From the IMG/VR virus record IMGVR_UViG_3300042882_000813: DNA of 64,000 nt. One strand, given 5' to 3'. This DNA is from an uncultured virus (IMG/VR IMGVR_UViG_3300042882_000813) (taxonomy: Duplodnaviria; Heunggongvirae; Uroviricota; Caudoviricetes). A program made the translations under genes and the position numbers. Within the stretch, counting starts at the first letter, position 1. Each line of letters begins with the position of its first letter. A model generated the notes under the pieces. The model did not search any database and was not told the DNA's origin. It saw only the letters and a list, made by a program, of their open reading frames with translations. Shown in pieces: positions 27,353-37,063 of the stretch.

Positions 27353-27510
27353 AATGATAATTTTTTTGGTTGAGGAAACATATCCTCTTTTTTAATATTT
27401 TTAATCTCCCAAATAAGTCGTTTCTTACTATTATCGAGTTCTCTATTGTCCTTCTTCTTCTCGCTCGTCAACCAATTCAATAATTGCTGACTCCTGTCCG
27501 TTTTGCTCAT
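27316..27510 (-). CDS. hypothetical protein
   Basis: 64-aa ORF overlapping both neighbours. Confidence 0.55.
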   Translation of the reverse strand: MSKTDRSQQLLNWLTSEKKKDNRELDNSKKRLIWEIKNIKKEDMFPQPKKLSLWERIKILLLGS

Positions 27511-27898
27511 TTAATTCTAAATTTGGTGTATCTGTTTCAAAATCAAAGTATAGATTTTGTAATTTATCCAAATCATTTTTTTCAAATGTTTGTTTTAGTT
27601 GGTCAATTGTTTGTTTAAAAAGTTGTTCTTTTAACTCTCTCTCCTTATTCAATTTAATTATTTTACCTATTTTGGTAAGTATTACCGAAACATCATTTTC
27701 ATTAATTTGAGAAACAAATGAAACCCCTTTCAAGTTTTGGTCTTCTAAATTAAACGCAATTACTTGACCTTCATCAATAATACTTTTAGGTAATGACCAT
27801 TTTGTTGGGAATGCCATGTCGAAACTTAAATAGGTTTCTAACTTTCTTATTGAATGTATGTATTGTACAAATGGTACTAATTCTTTATAAAAACTCAT
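27443..27898 (-). CDS. hypothetical protein
   Basis: 151-aa ORF. Confidence 0.75.
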   Translation of the reverse strand: MSFYKELVPFVQYIHSIRKLETYLSFDMAFPTKWSLPKSIIDEGQVIAFNLEDQNLKGVSFVSQINENDVSVILTKIGKIIKLNKERELKEQLFKQTIDQLKQTFEKNDLDKLQNLYFDFETDTPNLELNEQNGQESAIIELVDEREEEGQ

Positions 27899-28080
27899 TG
27901 TAATATGTATGTAATTAAATAACTTAATGATAATCCTAGGAAAATAAGTTCCCTGTTATTATAAACCAATGGTTTTGGTTCTCTTGATAACAGGGCACTT
28001 ATAAACTTTGTGATATTTTTCAATACCACTAATATTGTAAACACAAATATAAAAAGATATATTGTTTCAATATTATGCAT
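27895..28080 (-). CDS. small two-TM membrane protein
   Basis: Two hydrophobic segments; ATG at 28080. Confidence 0.65.
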   Translation of the reverse strand: MHNIETIYLFIFVFTILVVLKNITKFISALLSREPKPLVYNNRELIFLGLSLSYLITYILQ

Positions 28081-28258
28081 TCGCATCTCCCTTTTTACTA
28101 TGTTCAAGAATCTCAATTCTGAATGCTTGAAGTAACGATTTTAATTCTTGAGCAGACTTTCTAGTTCTTGTACCAGCACTTTTATTACCTGCGTAGAATT
28201 TTGTTGCGTCTACTGATAGTTGTTCGGTTAACGCCTTGATTTTTTCTAATGTTTCCAT
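28073..28258 (-). CDS. histone H1-like (Hc1 family) small protein
   Basis: KFYAGNKSAGTRTRKSAQELKSLLQAFR. Confidence 0.8.
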   Translation of the reverse strand: METLEKIKALTEQLSVDATKFYAGNKSAGTRTRKSAQELKSLLQAFRIEILEHSKKGDANA

Positions 28259-28340
28259 TCTTTTTTCAATAGTTAATTGTTTATTGTTATAGAGGAATAT
28301 TAAGTTTTTTTACTCTGGTGTAAATACAAATGAGGATTTT

Positions 28341-28808
28341 TTAATCCACATACCTTTGAAGTATCTTATAATACTCCGTTAAAATATCTAAATCAGGTTT
28401 AATAAAATCACTATGAACGTTGAAAATATCCTCTAAAAATGTGTAGATTGACTCTCTAACTTTCTTATCCGGTTGACTATAAAAAGTGTCATTAAAGAAT
28501 GAGATAAAATAATCTTTGTGGTCTCCTTCCTCTCCAATTATAATATTTTCTTTTTGAAAATCCCCAACAACTTTATCCCAACACCAGTTGAAGTGATTCT
28601 CATTATCTTCATTGGTTAAGTTAATTTTAGTTTCACGGAATTCATCGCCCATGTGAGTATTGGCGATTACATAATTTAGGGATTTAAAAATGTCGCCATA
28701 TAATTCGATTTTTTCATAATACATATTATGAATGTTAAACCAAATTACTATTTCATCTTTTGGTATTATTTTGGTCATATAATTAAAAAAATTCTCCATA
28801 GAGGTCAT
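28341..28808 (-). CDS. hypothetical protein
   Basis: 155-aa ORF (alternative ATG at 28799). Confidence 0.75.
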   Translation of the reverse strand: MTSMENFFNYMTKIIPKDEIVIWFNIHNMYYEKIELYGDIFKSLNYVIANTHMGDEFRETKINLTNEDNENHFNWCWDKVVGDFQKENIIIGEEGDHKDYFISFFNDTFYSQPDKKVRESIYTFLEDIFNVHSDFIKPDLDILTEYYKILQRYVD

Positions 28809-28819
28809 CTATGGAGAAT
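28785..28819 (-). terminator. 12-bp hairpin plus U-tract overlapping the start of 28341..28808
   Basis: ATTCTCCATAGA-N5-TCTATGGAGAAT-TTTTTT. Confidence 0.65.
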
Positions 28820-28847
28820 ATAGTATAATCATTCGAAATGTGAATTT

Positions 28848-29969
28848 TTATTGTGTTTTTCTGTTATATCCGATTAAGTTTTTCATCTTATTCATTTCTT
28901 CAGAAACAATTTTGTCTTTTTTATTTTCAGTTGATTCTAATTTATTTAAAATCTTTTCAGCTTTACCTAAAGACCCTGATTGTTTTTTATCACCAGCAAC
29001 ATCTACCGGTTGAGGAACTCTTTTGTATGAACCATTCATTTGTTCAGCCCCATATAAATTTTCATCAAAATTCTTTTTGAATTTTTCACCAACTTTTAAA
29101 CTTCTTTTAGAAACGTTACCTAACGCTTTACCATCTTTACCTGTGACAGCATTACCGTTTTTAGAATCACCTTTCATTTGTTTTCCAATCATTTCATCAT
29201 CAGGTTTGATTTCATCATAAACTAAATTAGTCATTCCCGGATAAGCAAAATTATCAATATATTCTTCAACCGCATCAGATGGGTTATATTTTTTCTCTTT
29301 ATGGTCTTTCTCCATGTCATAATTACTTTGAGGGAAATCTTCCGGTTGGTCTTCATATTCGTTTTCACCCATAAACATATCCTTCATGTATTCTTTCATT
29401 TTCTTAACAACTGCCTTAGTATGGTCGTCATTAACTTTTTTGTTTTGACTTAAAACTTTATCAGTATCTTTTAACCCTTGAGCCGTTTTTTTCGTAATAT
29501 TGTTTTTTTCCGCGCTATCCTTAACTTTTTGTTCCATAACGATTTTTTCAATCATATCAATTAACTCATCTTCTGTTAATTTTAACGAACCTTTATTACT
29601 TTCTTTAACTGAATATTTTTTACCATCAACCTCAAAAGAATCTTTACCATTTTTCTTAGCATCGGCTAAAGCCCCTGAAAAAGCGTTTCCTTCTTCAGTT
29701 TCTTGTTCCTCCATACCGTGGTTTTTACCGTATTTTGCACCAACTTTAGCTTCTTTACTTTTTCTAAGTTTTTTAAAGTCAGCACTTGTCAATTTACCTT
29801 TTGGTGCCGCAACATCAAGTTTCTTTTGACCTCCTTTAAGACCTTCTTCAACCTCAATTTCAGTCCACTCTCCACTCATTGTTTCGGTGATTTGTTTAAC
29901 TTTATTTTCAATTTCCTCATTAAGTACTTTTGAAACTAATTTATCAATATGATTTTTAAAATTATCCAT
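28848..29969 (-). CDS. putative prohead core / internal head protein
   Basis: K/E-rich, many (I/L/V)xE sites, upstream TATTTAT. Confidence 0.6.
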   Translation of the reverse strand: MDNFKNHIDKLVSKVLNEEIENKVKQITETMSGEWTEIEVEEGLKGGQKKLDVAAPKGKLTSADFKKLRKSKEAKVGAKYGKNHGMEEQETEEGNAFSGALADAKKNGKDSFEVDGKKYSVKESNKGSLKLTEDELIDMIEKIVMEQKVKDSAEKNNITKKTAQGLKDTDKVLSQNKKVNDDHTKAVVKKMKEYMKDMFMGENEYEDQPEDFPQSNYDMEKDHKEKKYNPSDAVEEYIDNFAYPGMTNLVYDEIKPDDEMIGKQMKGDSKNGNAVTGKDGKALGNVSKRSLKVGEKFKKNFDENLYGAEQMNGSYKRVPQPVDVAGDKKQSGSLGKAEKILNKLESTENKKDKIVSEEMNKMKNLIGYNRKTQ

Positions 29970-29994
29970 TCGTGTATTTTTTTAATAAATATCT

Positions 29995-31095
29995 TTATTT
30001 ACTTCTTTTATTCATTTTTTCGTATTCATGTTCCAAAATAGTTATAATAGTACTTTCACTAATACCCATCTTCCCTGCAACTTTTTTAATTGCCTCTTTA
30101 ACAGATTCGTTTTTACTAATTTTAACATTATTAATATCACCTTGATTACAGTAAGGGAACTTAGTACATTTTTTCTTAATCTTAACAAACCCACCTCCCG
30201 GTACTTGAGTCTTTCTACTTGGACCCCAATCTTTCTTTTTAGTTGATTTAGCCCACATTGCAGGTGTTTCATATCCACCAACAGAACCTGAACCTGTTGC
30301 TTCAGTTGCCTCAACTTTTTCAACATCACTTTCTTTTAATTTAGGAGTCTCTTTAAAACTTCTTCTAACAAACTCACTATCTTTGAACCCTACTGGAGCC
30401 GTGAAAGCCCCTGTTGAACCTGAACCGGTTGCCTCTTTAGTTTCTTTTTTCTTAGATTTGGATTGACAATGGGCCTTTTGACTAAAACCTTTAGGGTTTT
30501 TACAATCAATAGATTTTTTATACTCTTCTGACCATTTTTCTTTCATCTCACCTCCAAATAAAGGTCCTGAATATGCTCCTGATGAACCACTACCGGTCGC
30601 CTCTTTAGGCTCCTCTTTAGATTTAGTTCTTTCTTTTTTTTGTTGTTGGTCAACTTTGGTACCTTTCATAAGTTGTTTTTTCAACATAGGTATCATATCC
30701 TCAATATCTAAATATTTTTTTTCTTTCTCCTCTTTCGATTCAATTTTTTTTAACTTGTCATAATAATTCGGGTCTTCCCATAAATGGTCCATAGCAATTT
30801 CTTTTGCCTCATCTTTGTTTTTGGTGTGTTCCATTTCAAGTTTAATTCCTTTGTTTAATTGAACCTTTAATGAAGAAACCATATTATCAACATGATAGTA
30901 CCCTTTTTTATCATGTTTTTTTGCAATATCTTTAAGTGTCTTTTTATCAGCACCTCCACCTTCAAGTTCTTCTTCTTCTTTGAATGATTGTTTGTATTTC
31001 ATCGCGTCTCCCATAGTATCAGCATTTAATTTTATTCCCGCACTAGTATATGCTTTGTCTAAACTACTTTTAAATAAATTTGCAGATGATTCCAT
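29995..31095 (-). CDS. putative internal head protein with a DUF5661-like segment and three EATGSGS repeats
   Basis: GIKLEMEHT...AKEIAMDHLWEDPNYYDKL; EATGSGS occurs three times. Confidence 0.65.
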   Translation of the reverse strand: MESSANLFKSSLDKAYTSAGIKLNADTMGDAMKYKQSFKEEEELEGGGADKKTLKDIAKKHDKKGYYHVDNMVSSLKVQLNKGIKLEMEHTKNKDEAKEIAMDHLWEDPNYYDKLKKIESKEEKEKKYLDIEDMIPMLKKQLMKGTKVDQQQKKERTKSKEEPKEATGSGSSGAYSGPLFGGEMKEKWSEEYKKSIDCKNPKGFSQKAHCQSKSKKKETKEATGSGSTGAFTAPVGFKDSEFVRRSFKETPKLKESDVEKVEATEATGSGSVGGYETPAMWAKSTKKKDWGPSRKTQVPGGGFVKIKKKCTKFPYCNQGDINNVKISKNESVKEAIKKVAGKMGISESTIITILEHEYEKMNKRSK

Positions 31096-31096
31096 A

Positions 31097-31342
31097 TTAA
31101 GCGTTTTTCAATCTTGGTTCCCAATAACTTCTGTTCATCCACATAAATTGGTAGAACTCACGGAACATTCTTAATGTGATATCTTTAACATCACCCTCTA
31201 ATTTACCTCTTTTAATCTCTCGACCAATTCTATCTAATAACTTATCTTCAAATTGTTTTATAGTGTTATTATCCATAAAGCTTCTTATTTCTTTACGAAT
31301 CATAGTTTCGATTTCTTTTTTATCTGATGTTGTTAACGCCAT
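31097..31342 (-). CDS. hypothetical protein
   Basis: ATG at 31342 (MALTT) overlaps the upstream stop. Confidence 0.7.
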   Translation of the reverse strand: MALTTSDKKEIETMIRKEIRSFMDNNTIKQFEDKLLDRIGREIKRGKLEGDVKDITLRMFREFYQFMWMNRSYWEPRLKNA

Positions 31343-31788
31343 TATTTTATTAATATAAGATATGTTGATGCTATAATACCAGCATATGTACCAACTTTCC
31401 ATAAGAAAGTTTTAGTTCTTTGACCCTTAAGTTCTTTATGTAAACTTTTTGTTAGGTCTTCAGATACTTTTAATTGTTCGTCTTTTTTACCTAACATAAA
31501 ATTATTATTCTTATCTTTTTCTTCAAGAAGAACAATATGAGAATCTTTCTCTTTTTCTCTTTCTTCTGTTTTGATAAGTTTCTCTTGAGTTAACTTTAAT
31601 TCAACTTCACATCCATCACCTTTAAGAATATCTTTAATCGCTAATTTAGCAACCGGAGTTTTTATCCTAATTTTTGTAGTATCACTTTGAACTACAGGTG
31701 TATTAGTTTGAAGTTTTTTCGTATCTGTTTGTGAAAAACTGCTCAAGCTCGTTATCAGTAAGAGTGTCAACACTATTAACTTTCTCAT
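31342..31788 (-). CDS. secreted coiled-coil protein with C-terminal TM (spanin-like)
   Basis: Signal peptide, coiled coil, C-terminal hydrophobic helix; overlaps the upstream gene by 86 nt. Confidence 0.55.
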   Translation of the reverse strand: MRKLIVLTLLLITSLSSFSQTDTKKLQTNTPVVQSDTTKIRIKTPVAKLAIKDILKGDGCEVELKLTQEKLIKTEEREKEKDSHIVLLEEKDKNNNFMLGKKDEQLKVSEDLTKSLHKELKGQRTKTFLWKVGTYAGIIASTYLILIK

Positions 31789-32062
31789 CTGTTTGTTTTT
31801 TAATTATTGTTATGTTATTATCTATGTGATGAATTTCTTTCGTAATTTTAACCACATTACCTTTTACTGAATCAATCTTAACATCAATTCCTTCGTTAAT
31901 CGCTTTTGTAGAATCAATTTCAGTTTGAAGAGATTCTATTTTTTCTTTATATGATTTAACATCTGTTTTAATTCCATTGGTTGTGAATATGTTCCAAGCC
32001 GCCAATACAATAACGATTATTAATAATATATTTTGTTTGTTATTACTCACAATATCTTTCAT
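31703..32062 (-). CDS. N-terminal TM coiled-coil protein (i-spanin-like)
   Basis: ILLIIVIVLAAWNIF followed by a heptad coiled coil; near the amidase. Confidence 0.55.
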   Translation of the reverse strand: MKDIVSNNKQNILLIIVIVLAAWNIFTTNGIKTDVKSYKEKIESLQTEIDSTKAINEGIDVKIDSVKGNVVKITKEIHHIDNNITIIKKQTDEKVNSVDTLTDNELEQFFTNRYEKTSN

Positions 32063-32643
32063 TATTCAGGTGATTCAATAGTTTTCTTTCTATTAGCCAA
32101 AACTCTACCCCATTTAGACTTAAATTTTTGGTAATATTGTTGAAGTTTATTTATTGTTGTCATGAAATCTTCGTCCATTTTAATCATCTGACCATTAATA
32201 TAAACTCCACTATCTTCACCTATTGTGAAAATGAAGTCAATATCCTCATCGATTAATTTACCGGACCATTCAACATTATTTGGGTAAACATTTAATGTAT
32301 TAAAATCCACAAGGTCTGACACTTCCTCAACAAATTCATCCATTGTTTCTTGAAACGCTAATTTCTCATCACTAGTAATATCTAAATCATTTCGGTCTTT
32401 ACCATGAAGAGCTAATATCCCTCCGGAAATTCTATATTTCTGTTGTTTATCTCTTGGAGATGTTTCAATATCATCACCATCTTCAACACCAGTGTTTGCG
32501 GTTTCGTAATCTTGATTATCTTGTTGAAGACGTGATTCCACATCTTTGGCAACATTAATTTGTCCACTTTGTTCTAAAATCATTCTTGATTTTTTTAACA
32601 AAGATTTAATTTCGTCGTATCTTTCGTTATGCAAATTGCTCAT
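32062..32643 (-). CDS. hypothetical protein (putative head protein)
   Basis: 193-aa ORF, N-terminus ends ...RMILE-Q. Confidence 0.7.
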   Translation of the reverse strand: MSNLHNERYDEIKSLLKKSRMILEQSGQINVAKDVESRLQQDNQDYETANTGVEDGDDIETSPRDKQQKYRISGGILALHGKDRNDLDITSDEKLAFQETMDEFVEEVSDLVDFNTLNVYPNNVEWSGKLIDEDIDFIFTIGEDSGVYINGQMIKMDEDFMTTINKLQQYYQKFKSKWGRVLANRKKTIESPE

Positions 32644-33232
32644 TTTCTAAATGTTTTGTAAAGGTTTCAAAATTGAATGATGGATTTAAATCCGTATAGA
32701 TAGAGTTATAATTACTCTTACTTACGATTCCCTCGTAGTTAGACACCCCTTCAAATCGGGTATTGTGTCCAACACATCTCTTTTCTATGTTAAGGGATTC
32801 CGACAAATGTTTACACAACTCAGCAGTCATTTCTAACTGAATTGGTGTGTAAGGTTGCCAAAAAAAGAAATCTCTCCATTTTTTTTCAAACGCCTTATCA
32901 TTATAAATACTTCCTTTCCAGTTAATATAATAGTTTGTTAATGGTTTCTTTTCCAACCACCCTAAATTTTCTAAACAGACCACAATGGAGTTCTTGTTAA
33001 CCGATTCATTATCGAGAAAATTTGAGTAGGTATTATCGGGCAATAGTTGTAGTATTTCACCCTTTCTTGTTATAATGTAGTTTGGAATTTTATCGTATTG
33101 ACCATTATACCTATGTTTAAGGGAGGTCAAGTACTCTTGAACCTCCCTTGAAGTATGACATAGGACTATTTGTTTTTTTCTTTTTTGTTTCCCTTTCGGT
33201 TTGAAATTTCCAAATTGTATTATATTAAGCAT
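32627..33232 (-). CDS. N-acetylmuramoyl-L-alanine amidase (Amidase_2)-like protein, putative endolysin
   Basis: IVLCHT...NYIITRKGEILQL...NKNSIVVCLEN...YTPIQ...VGHN...DLNPSF. Confidence 0.75.
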   Translation of the reverse strand: MLNIIQFGNFKPKGKQKRKKQIVLCHTSREVQEYLTSLKHRYNGQYDKIPNYIITRKGEILQLLPDNTYSNFLDNESVNKNSIVVCLENLGWLEKKPLTNYYINWKGSIYNDKAFEKKWRDFFFWQPYTPIQLEMTAELCKHLSESLNIEKRCVGHNTRFEGVSNYEGIVSKSNYNSIYTDLNPSFNFETFTKHLENEQFA

Positions 33233-33956
33233 CCCTTCTTAAATAACTTAGTCTTTTAATAACATCATTTGGTTCCTCGTTAAGTTCTGAATCGTCAGGA
33301 CCATTAGTTCCAATAGGACCTTCAAGTGTTCCAAATTTCTGTTCGTTTAATTTTATTAATTCCGCCTCCAATTTTTCTAAATCTTCCGGAGTTGGGACAT
33401 ATTTTTGTTTTTCAATTTCCGCCTCTTGTTTACCAATAATAGTACTCAATTCTTCAACGTCAATTTCTCCCGGTAATTGTTTAGGTGTTTTTTTATCTTC
33501 CTCCTCAAATTTCACTAACATATGTAAAAATGATAATGAGATAATTGGTAACATACCTCCTGAGAATAAAGCTAAGAATCGTTTATGTCCAACAGGGTCA
33601 CCTGACTCAACCCCCAAATAACTAACGATTGGGTCAACCAAGTCCATCCAATCTTTAAATGATTGAGATGTAACATCAATATATTGGTAAGCAAAGAATA
33701 TATTACCAATAAACTGAATAAGGGTTACAATACCGAATGGGAAATAAACTTTTTTACCCATTTGTGCTGATATCGCAGCAAGAGCCGACAACGCAGCAAT
33801 CTCAACTCCAACAGACAGATATATCGCCCAACTAAATGGGTTTGATAATCCATACCATTTTGTTACGTGTGAAATTGACACAAATGCCACCGTTAATATC
33901 GGTACCAAAAACGAAATATAGATTATTGTTTTAAAGTTTTTCTGAAACCAATTCAT
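33225..33956 (-). CDS. four-TM membrane protein
   Basis: Four hydrophobic helices plus a charged tail. Confidence 0.75.
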   Translation of the reverse strand: MNWFQKNFKTIIYISFLVPILTVAFVSISHVTKWYGLSNPFSWAIYLSVGVEIAALSALAAISAQMGKKVYFPFGIVTLIQFIGNIFFAYQYIDVTSQSFKDWMDLVDPIVSYLGVESGDPVGHKRFLALFSGGMLPIISLSFLHMLVKFEEEDKKTPKQLPGEIDVEELSTIIGKQEAEIEKQKYVPTPEDLEKLEAELIKLNEQKFGTLEGPIGTNGPDDSELNEEPNDVIKRLSYLRRDA

Positions 33957-34240
33957 TATTTACTTGCTTTTAATTTTTTTATCTCTTCCTCGATTTGAGT
34001 TTGTCTTTGAACATCTAATAATTTACGGTCAGTTGCTTGAATCATTCTTTTCTCAGCTTCTAATCCCATTATTTTTAATTCAATGTTTAATTCTTTTTTA
34101 GTGTAAGTTGAATCTTTGATTGTTTCAACCTCTTTTCTTAGTTTAGATAATTCTCTTGAATCACCACATCCTTTGAAGAATGTTAAAAGTGAGATTACCA
34201 ATACAATAACAATAAAGTTTTTTTGAATGAAATTTTTCAT
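33956..34240 (-). CDS. membrane-anchored or lipoprotein coiled-coil protein
   Basis: Hydrophobic N-terminus ending FFKGC, then a coiled coil. Confidence 0.65.
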   Translation of the reverse strand: MKNFIQKNFIVIVLVISLLTFFKGCGDSRELSKLRKEVETIKDSTYTKKELNIELKIMGLEAEKRMIQATDRKLLDVQRQTQIEEEIKKLKASK

Positions 34241-34271
34241 AAGTATGTTTTTTTAATTTATCTTTAAATAT

Positions 34272-34300
34272 AAAAGGTGTATTCAATAAATACACCCTTT
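34272..34300. terminator. intrinsic terminator
   Basis: AAAAGGTGTATT-caat-AAATACACCCTTT. Confidence 0.65.
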
Positions 34301-34308
34301 AATTACTT

Positions 34309-35106
34309 TTATAAATATTCGAATAGAGTTGCAGTCTCATTCCTTAATTTTCTCAATGCTTTTTCTTTGATTTGTCTTACCCTTTCCTTTGTTAAGGTAA
34401 AATCATTACCAATATCTTCAAGAGTTCTTGTTGAACCTGATAAACCAAAATAATCTTGGATAATTGTTTTCTCTCGGTCATCCAAGACATCCAACATACT
34501 AATCAATTTATCCTTTAGTGTGTCCTCAGTAGATAAACCTGCATCCGGTAATTCCGCATTGGGATTGTTTAAGATATCAACCAACGTATCTCCTTCTTCA
34601 TTCAATGGATTATCTAAGTTGATTGTGTAAGGTAAATTGGCAAACTTGTCAGGTAACTCAGCACCACCTTTTTCTAATTCTTTTTTAGCTCTTTGTAAGT
34701 CTTGAACCACATTAACCGGTAGACGAATAGTTCGAGCATTCTCATTTAACGACTGTAAGATTGATTGTCTAACCCACCAAACGGCATAAGAAATAAATCT
34801 TAATTTTTTAGACCAATCAAAGTTTTCAATCGCTTTCATTAAACCAAAGTTACCTTCGGCAATTAAATCCGGAAAGTCCAATCCTTGGTTTTGATATTGT
34901 TTAGCAACGGTAATAACGAACCTTAAATTACCTTCCAACAATTCCTTGTGAATCTTCTTCACCTCATCTTCTGTAACATCATCTGAGAGCATTCTCTCAG
35001 CCAATTGTCGTTCTCTATCGGGTGTCATAACTTTTATCTTACGGATGTCTTTAAGATAGTGAGTAATTTCTTCCTGATTGATTGGCATTCCCGCTTTTTC
35101 CTTCAT
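34309..35106 (-). CDS. RNA polymerase sigma70-family factor (RpoD/RpoS-like, no region 1.1)
   Basis: YLKDI, NLRFVITVAKQY, DLIAEGNFGLMKA, RFISYAVWWVRQ, TLEDIG...LTKERVRQI. Confidence 0.95.
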   Translation of the reverse strand: MKEKAGMPINQEEITHYLKDIRKIKVMTPDRERQLAERMLSDDVTEDEVKKIHKELLEGNLRFVITVAKQYQNQGLDFPDLIAEGNFGLMKAIENFDWSKKLRFISYAVWWVRQSILQSLNENARTIRLPVNVVQDLQRAKKELEKGGAELPDKFANLPYTINLDNPLNEEGDTLVDILNNPNAELPDAGLSTEDTLKDKLISMLDVLDDREKTIIQDYFGLSGSTRTLEDIGNDFTLTKERVRQIKEKALRKLRNETATLFEYL

Positions 35107-35109
35107 AAT

Positions 35110-35643
35110 TTAGTTTTGACTGTAAGTTTCTAATATAGTTTTTTCTTTTGAACTCAAGGAATCCATTCCCTCAGAGTATAACTTGTCTAATATTTGGTCT
35201 AAGGTAGGGTTAGGGGTAGTATTCTTATCTTTAAAAATTAATGACATAATATCATTTTCATCATCATCTTCGTCATCTTCATCGTCATAAGAAAAATCTA
35301 AATTCTTCTTTATACGTTCCATATCCAACTTCATTGTTACATTTTCTCCAACATTTTCTAAATCAAAAAGGTGGTCTTTAATATCTTTTGGTAAAGATAC
35401 TGAATAGTCATCAACAATTTCCGTTAAAACAAAAATTTCAACAAGACCATATAAGATTCCGGTAATGTATTCATAAATTTCACTTTTTTCAGTTTCCGCA
35501 CCAAAAGAAAATATAATTTGGTTACGAGTGTAATGAAACTTTAAGTTTGGCGAATCGACAATAGGACTAAGTGATATCGCAATTTCTTTACATAAACCAT
35601 CTGACGCAAAATCATTAGTAACAGACAATAAGTAGTAATTCAT
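35110..35643 (-). CDS. hypothetical protein with a DUF6576-like C-terminus
   Basis: LDQILDKLYSEGMDSLSSKEKTIL. Confidence 0.7.
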   Translation of the reverse strand: MNYYLLSVTNDFASDGLCKEIAISLSPIVDSPNLKFHYTRNQIIFSFGAETEKSEIYEYITGILYGLVEIFVLTEIVDDYSVSLPKDIKDHLFDLENVGENVTMKLDMERIKKNLDFSYDDEDDEDDDENDIMSLIFKDKNTTPNPTLDQILDKLYSEGMDSLSSKEKTILETYSQN

Positions 35644-35667
35644 ATTTTTTATTTTAAAATTATTTTA

Positions 35668-35698
35668 CAAAGATAATCATTATTTCTACACACACAAA
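35668..35698 (-). promoter_or_regulatory. Bacteroidota-type promoter driving the sigma-factor operon
   Basis: TTTG-N19-TATCTTTG. Confidence 0.65.
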
Positions 35699-36193
35699 TT
35701 ATATTGAATAAACTATACGACAATTTTCTTTAACCCACGTTAATGTAAACCCAATATGATTTGATGACTTAGACATTTTACTGATTTTTTTATTTGCCTC
35801 TTCTAAAACAACATCAGTATCTGCCTCATATATTTTAATACATTCCAAACTATTATTCTTATTGTATAACGCAAAATAGAATTTATTATTTCGAGTGATT
35901 CTATGTAAATTACCTTCGTGGATTCTATCTAATTGGAATGAACCTCCTTCTTTACAAGAAAGATATTCGTAATACTCTTCACCATCTAAACTGGTTGCGT
36001 CAGCTCCATGTTTTGTCTTATGACATTCATGATTTAATATTTTTGACACCATCCATTCTTTTAAAAATCCGGGTGTTAATAAATCTTGAGTAAACCCCTC
36101 ATCATTTTTATAGAAGTTTAATGTTTCTAATAAAAGTTTAAGAGGATTATCCGTATTTTCTTTTACTACTGTTAGTAATTCTTGTGGTTCCAT
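35699..36193 (-). CDS. putative restriction-endonuclease-like protein (PD-(D/E)xK fold, PvuII-like motif)
   Basis: KE...GADATSLDGEEYYEYLSCK; adjacent to an MTase. Confidence 0.5.
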   Translation of the reverse strand: MEPQELLTVVKENTDNPLKLLLETLNFYKNDEGFTQDLLTPGFLKEWMVSKILNHECHKTKHGADATSLDGEEYYEYLSCKEGGSFQLDRIHEGNLHRITRNNKFYFALYNKNNSLECIKIYEADTDVVLEEANKKISKMSKSSNHIGFTLTWVKENCRIVYSI

Positions 36194-36220
36194 ACTTTAA
36201 GTATAAAGGTAATTATTTGA

Positions 36221-37063
36221 TTATGTTAATTCGTTTTTAATTCTTTCTTCCAACATTTGAATACAAATTTTATTAACATCAAAAACAATTGAGTTTCTAC
36301 CTAACTCCTCTGCGGCAATCGCAGTTGTTCCACTACCTGAAAAATAATCAACTACTAAGTCACCTACATTAGAACTAGCAATAATCGCCTTTCTAACTAA
36401 ATCTTTAGGTTTTTGTGTATTATGTTTTGGTAAAAAGTTATCAGGAGTTTTTTTTGTTTTGGCATATGATTTAACTTCTTTCATACTCCAATATGGAACA
36501 CAAAATTCGTCCCATAGATTACCAGGATATGTTAGTCTAACTTTTTCACCATTTTCATTAATCCACCAATCTTTTGGTGTTCCATCTTCATTCTTGTATG
36601 GAGCAATTACTTTTTTGGTAATTTTAACGTCATCGATGTTGAAAGTATAATTACTTTTATTCTTAACAGCAAAGAATATATCCTCATGCATTGATTTCCA
36701 ATTTGTTTTAGCCCCTCTTCCTTTATCTCTTTTCCAAGTAATTCGATTTAAAATAGTAAAACCATTTTTTTCAAGTAAATTGTGGATTATATGAGCATTT
36801 TGCCAACTAATACAAACATATATTGAACCATTATCTTTTAACTGTTTGAAAGCCAATTTAAGATATTCACTTGTCCACTCATTATACTCTTCAAGATTAT
36901 TCCACTGACAATCCCAATCACTTCTATCTCCCGTTTCCAAATCAATATCTTTAGATTTACCCGAAATAAAATAGGGTGGGTCTAAAAAGAATAAGTCCAC
37001 AGATTTATCTTTAATATATTTTGAAGATTCCTCCAAAGATTCATTATAATATGTTATTGCCAT
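36221..37063 (-). CDS. DNA methyltransferase, beta class (N6-A/N4-C)
   Basis: LDPPY...HNTQKP...VVDYFSGSGTT. Confidence 0.92.
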   Translation of the reverse strand: MAITYYNESLEESSKYIKDKSVDLFFLDPPYFISGKSKDIDLETGDRSDWDCQWNNLEEYNEWTSEYLKLAFKQLKDNGSIYVCISWQNAHIIHNLLEKNGFTILNRITWKRDKGRGAKTNWKSMHEDIFFAVKNKSNYTFNIDDVKITKKVIAPYKNEDGTPKDWWINENGEKVRLTYPGNLWDEFCVPYWSMKEVKSYAKTKKTPDNFLPKHNTQKPKDLVRKAIIASSNVGDLVVDYFSGSGTTAIAAEELGRNSIVFDVNKICIQMLEERIKNELT

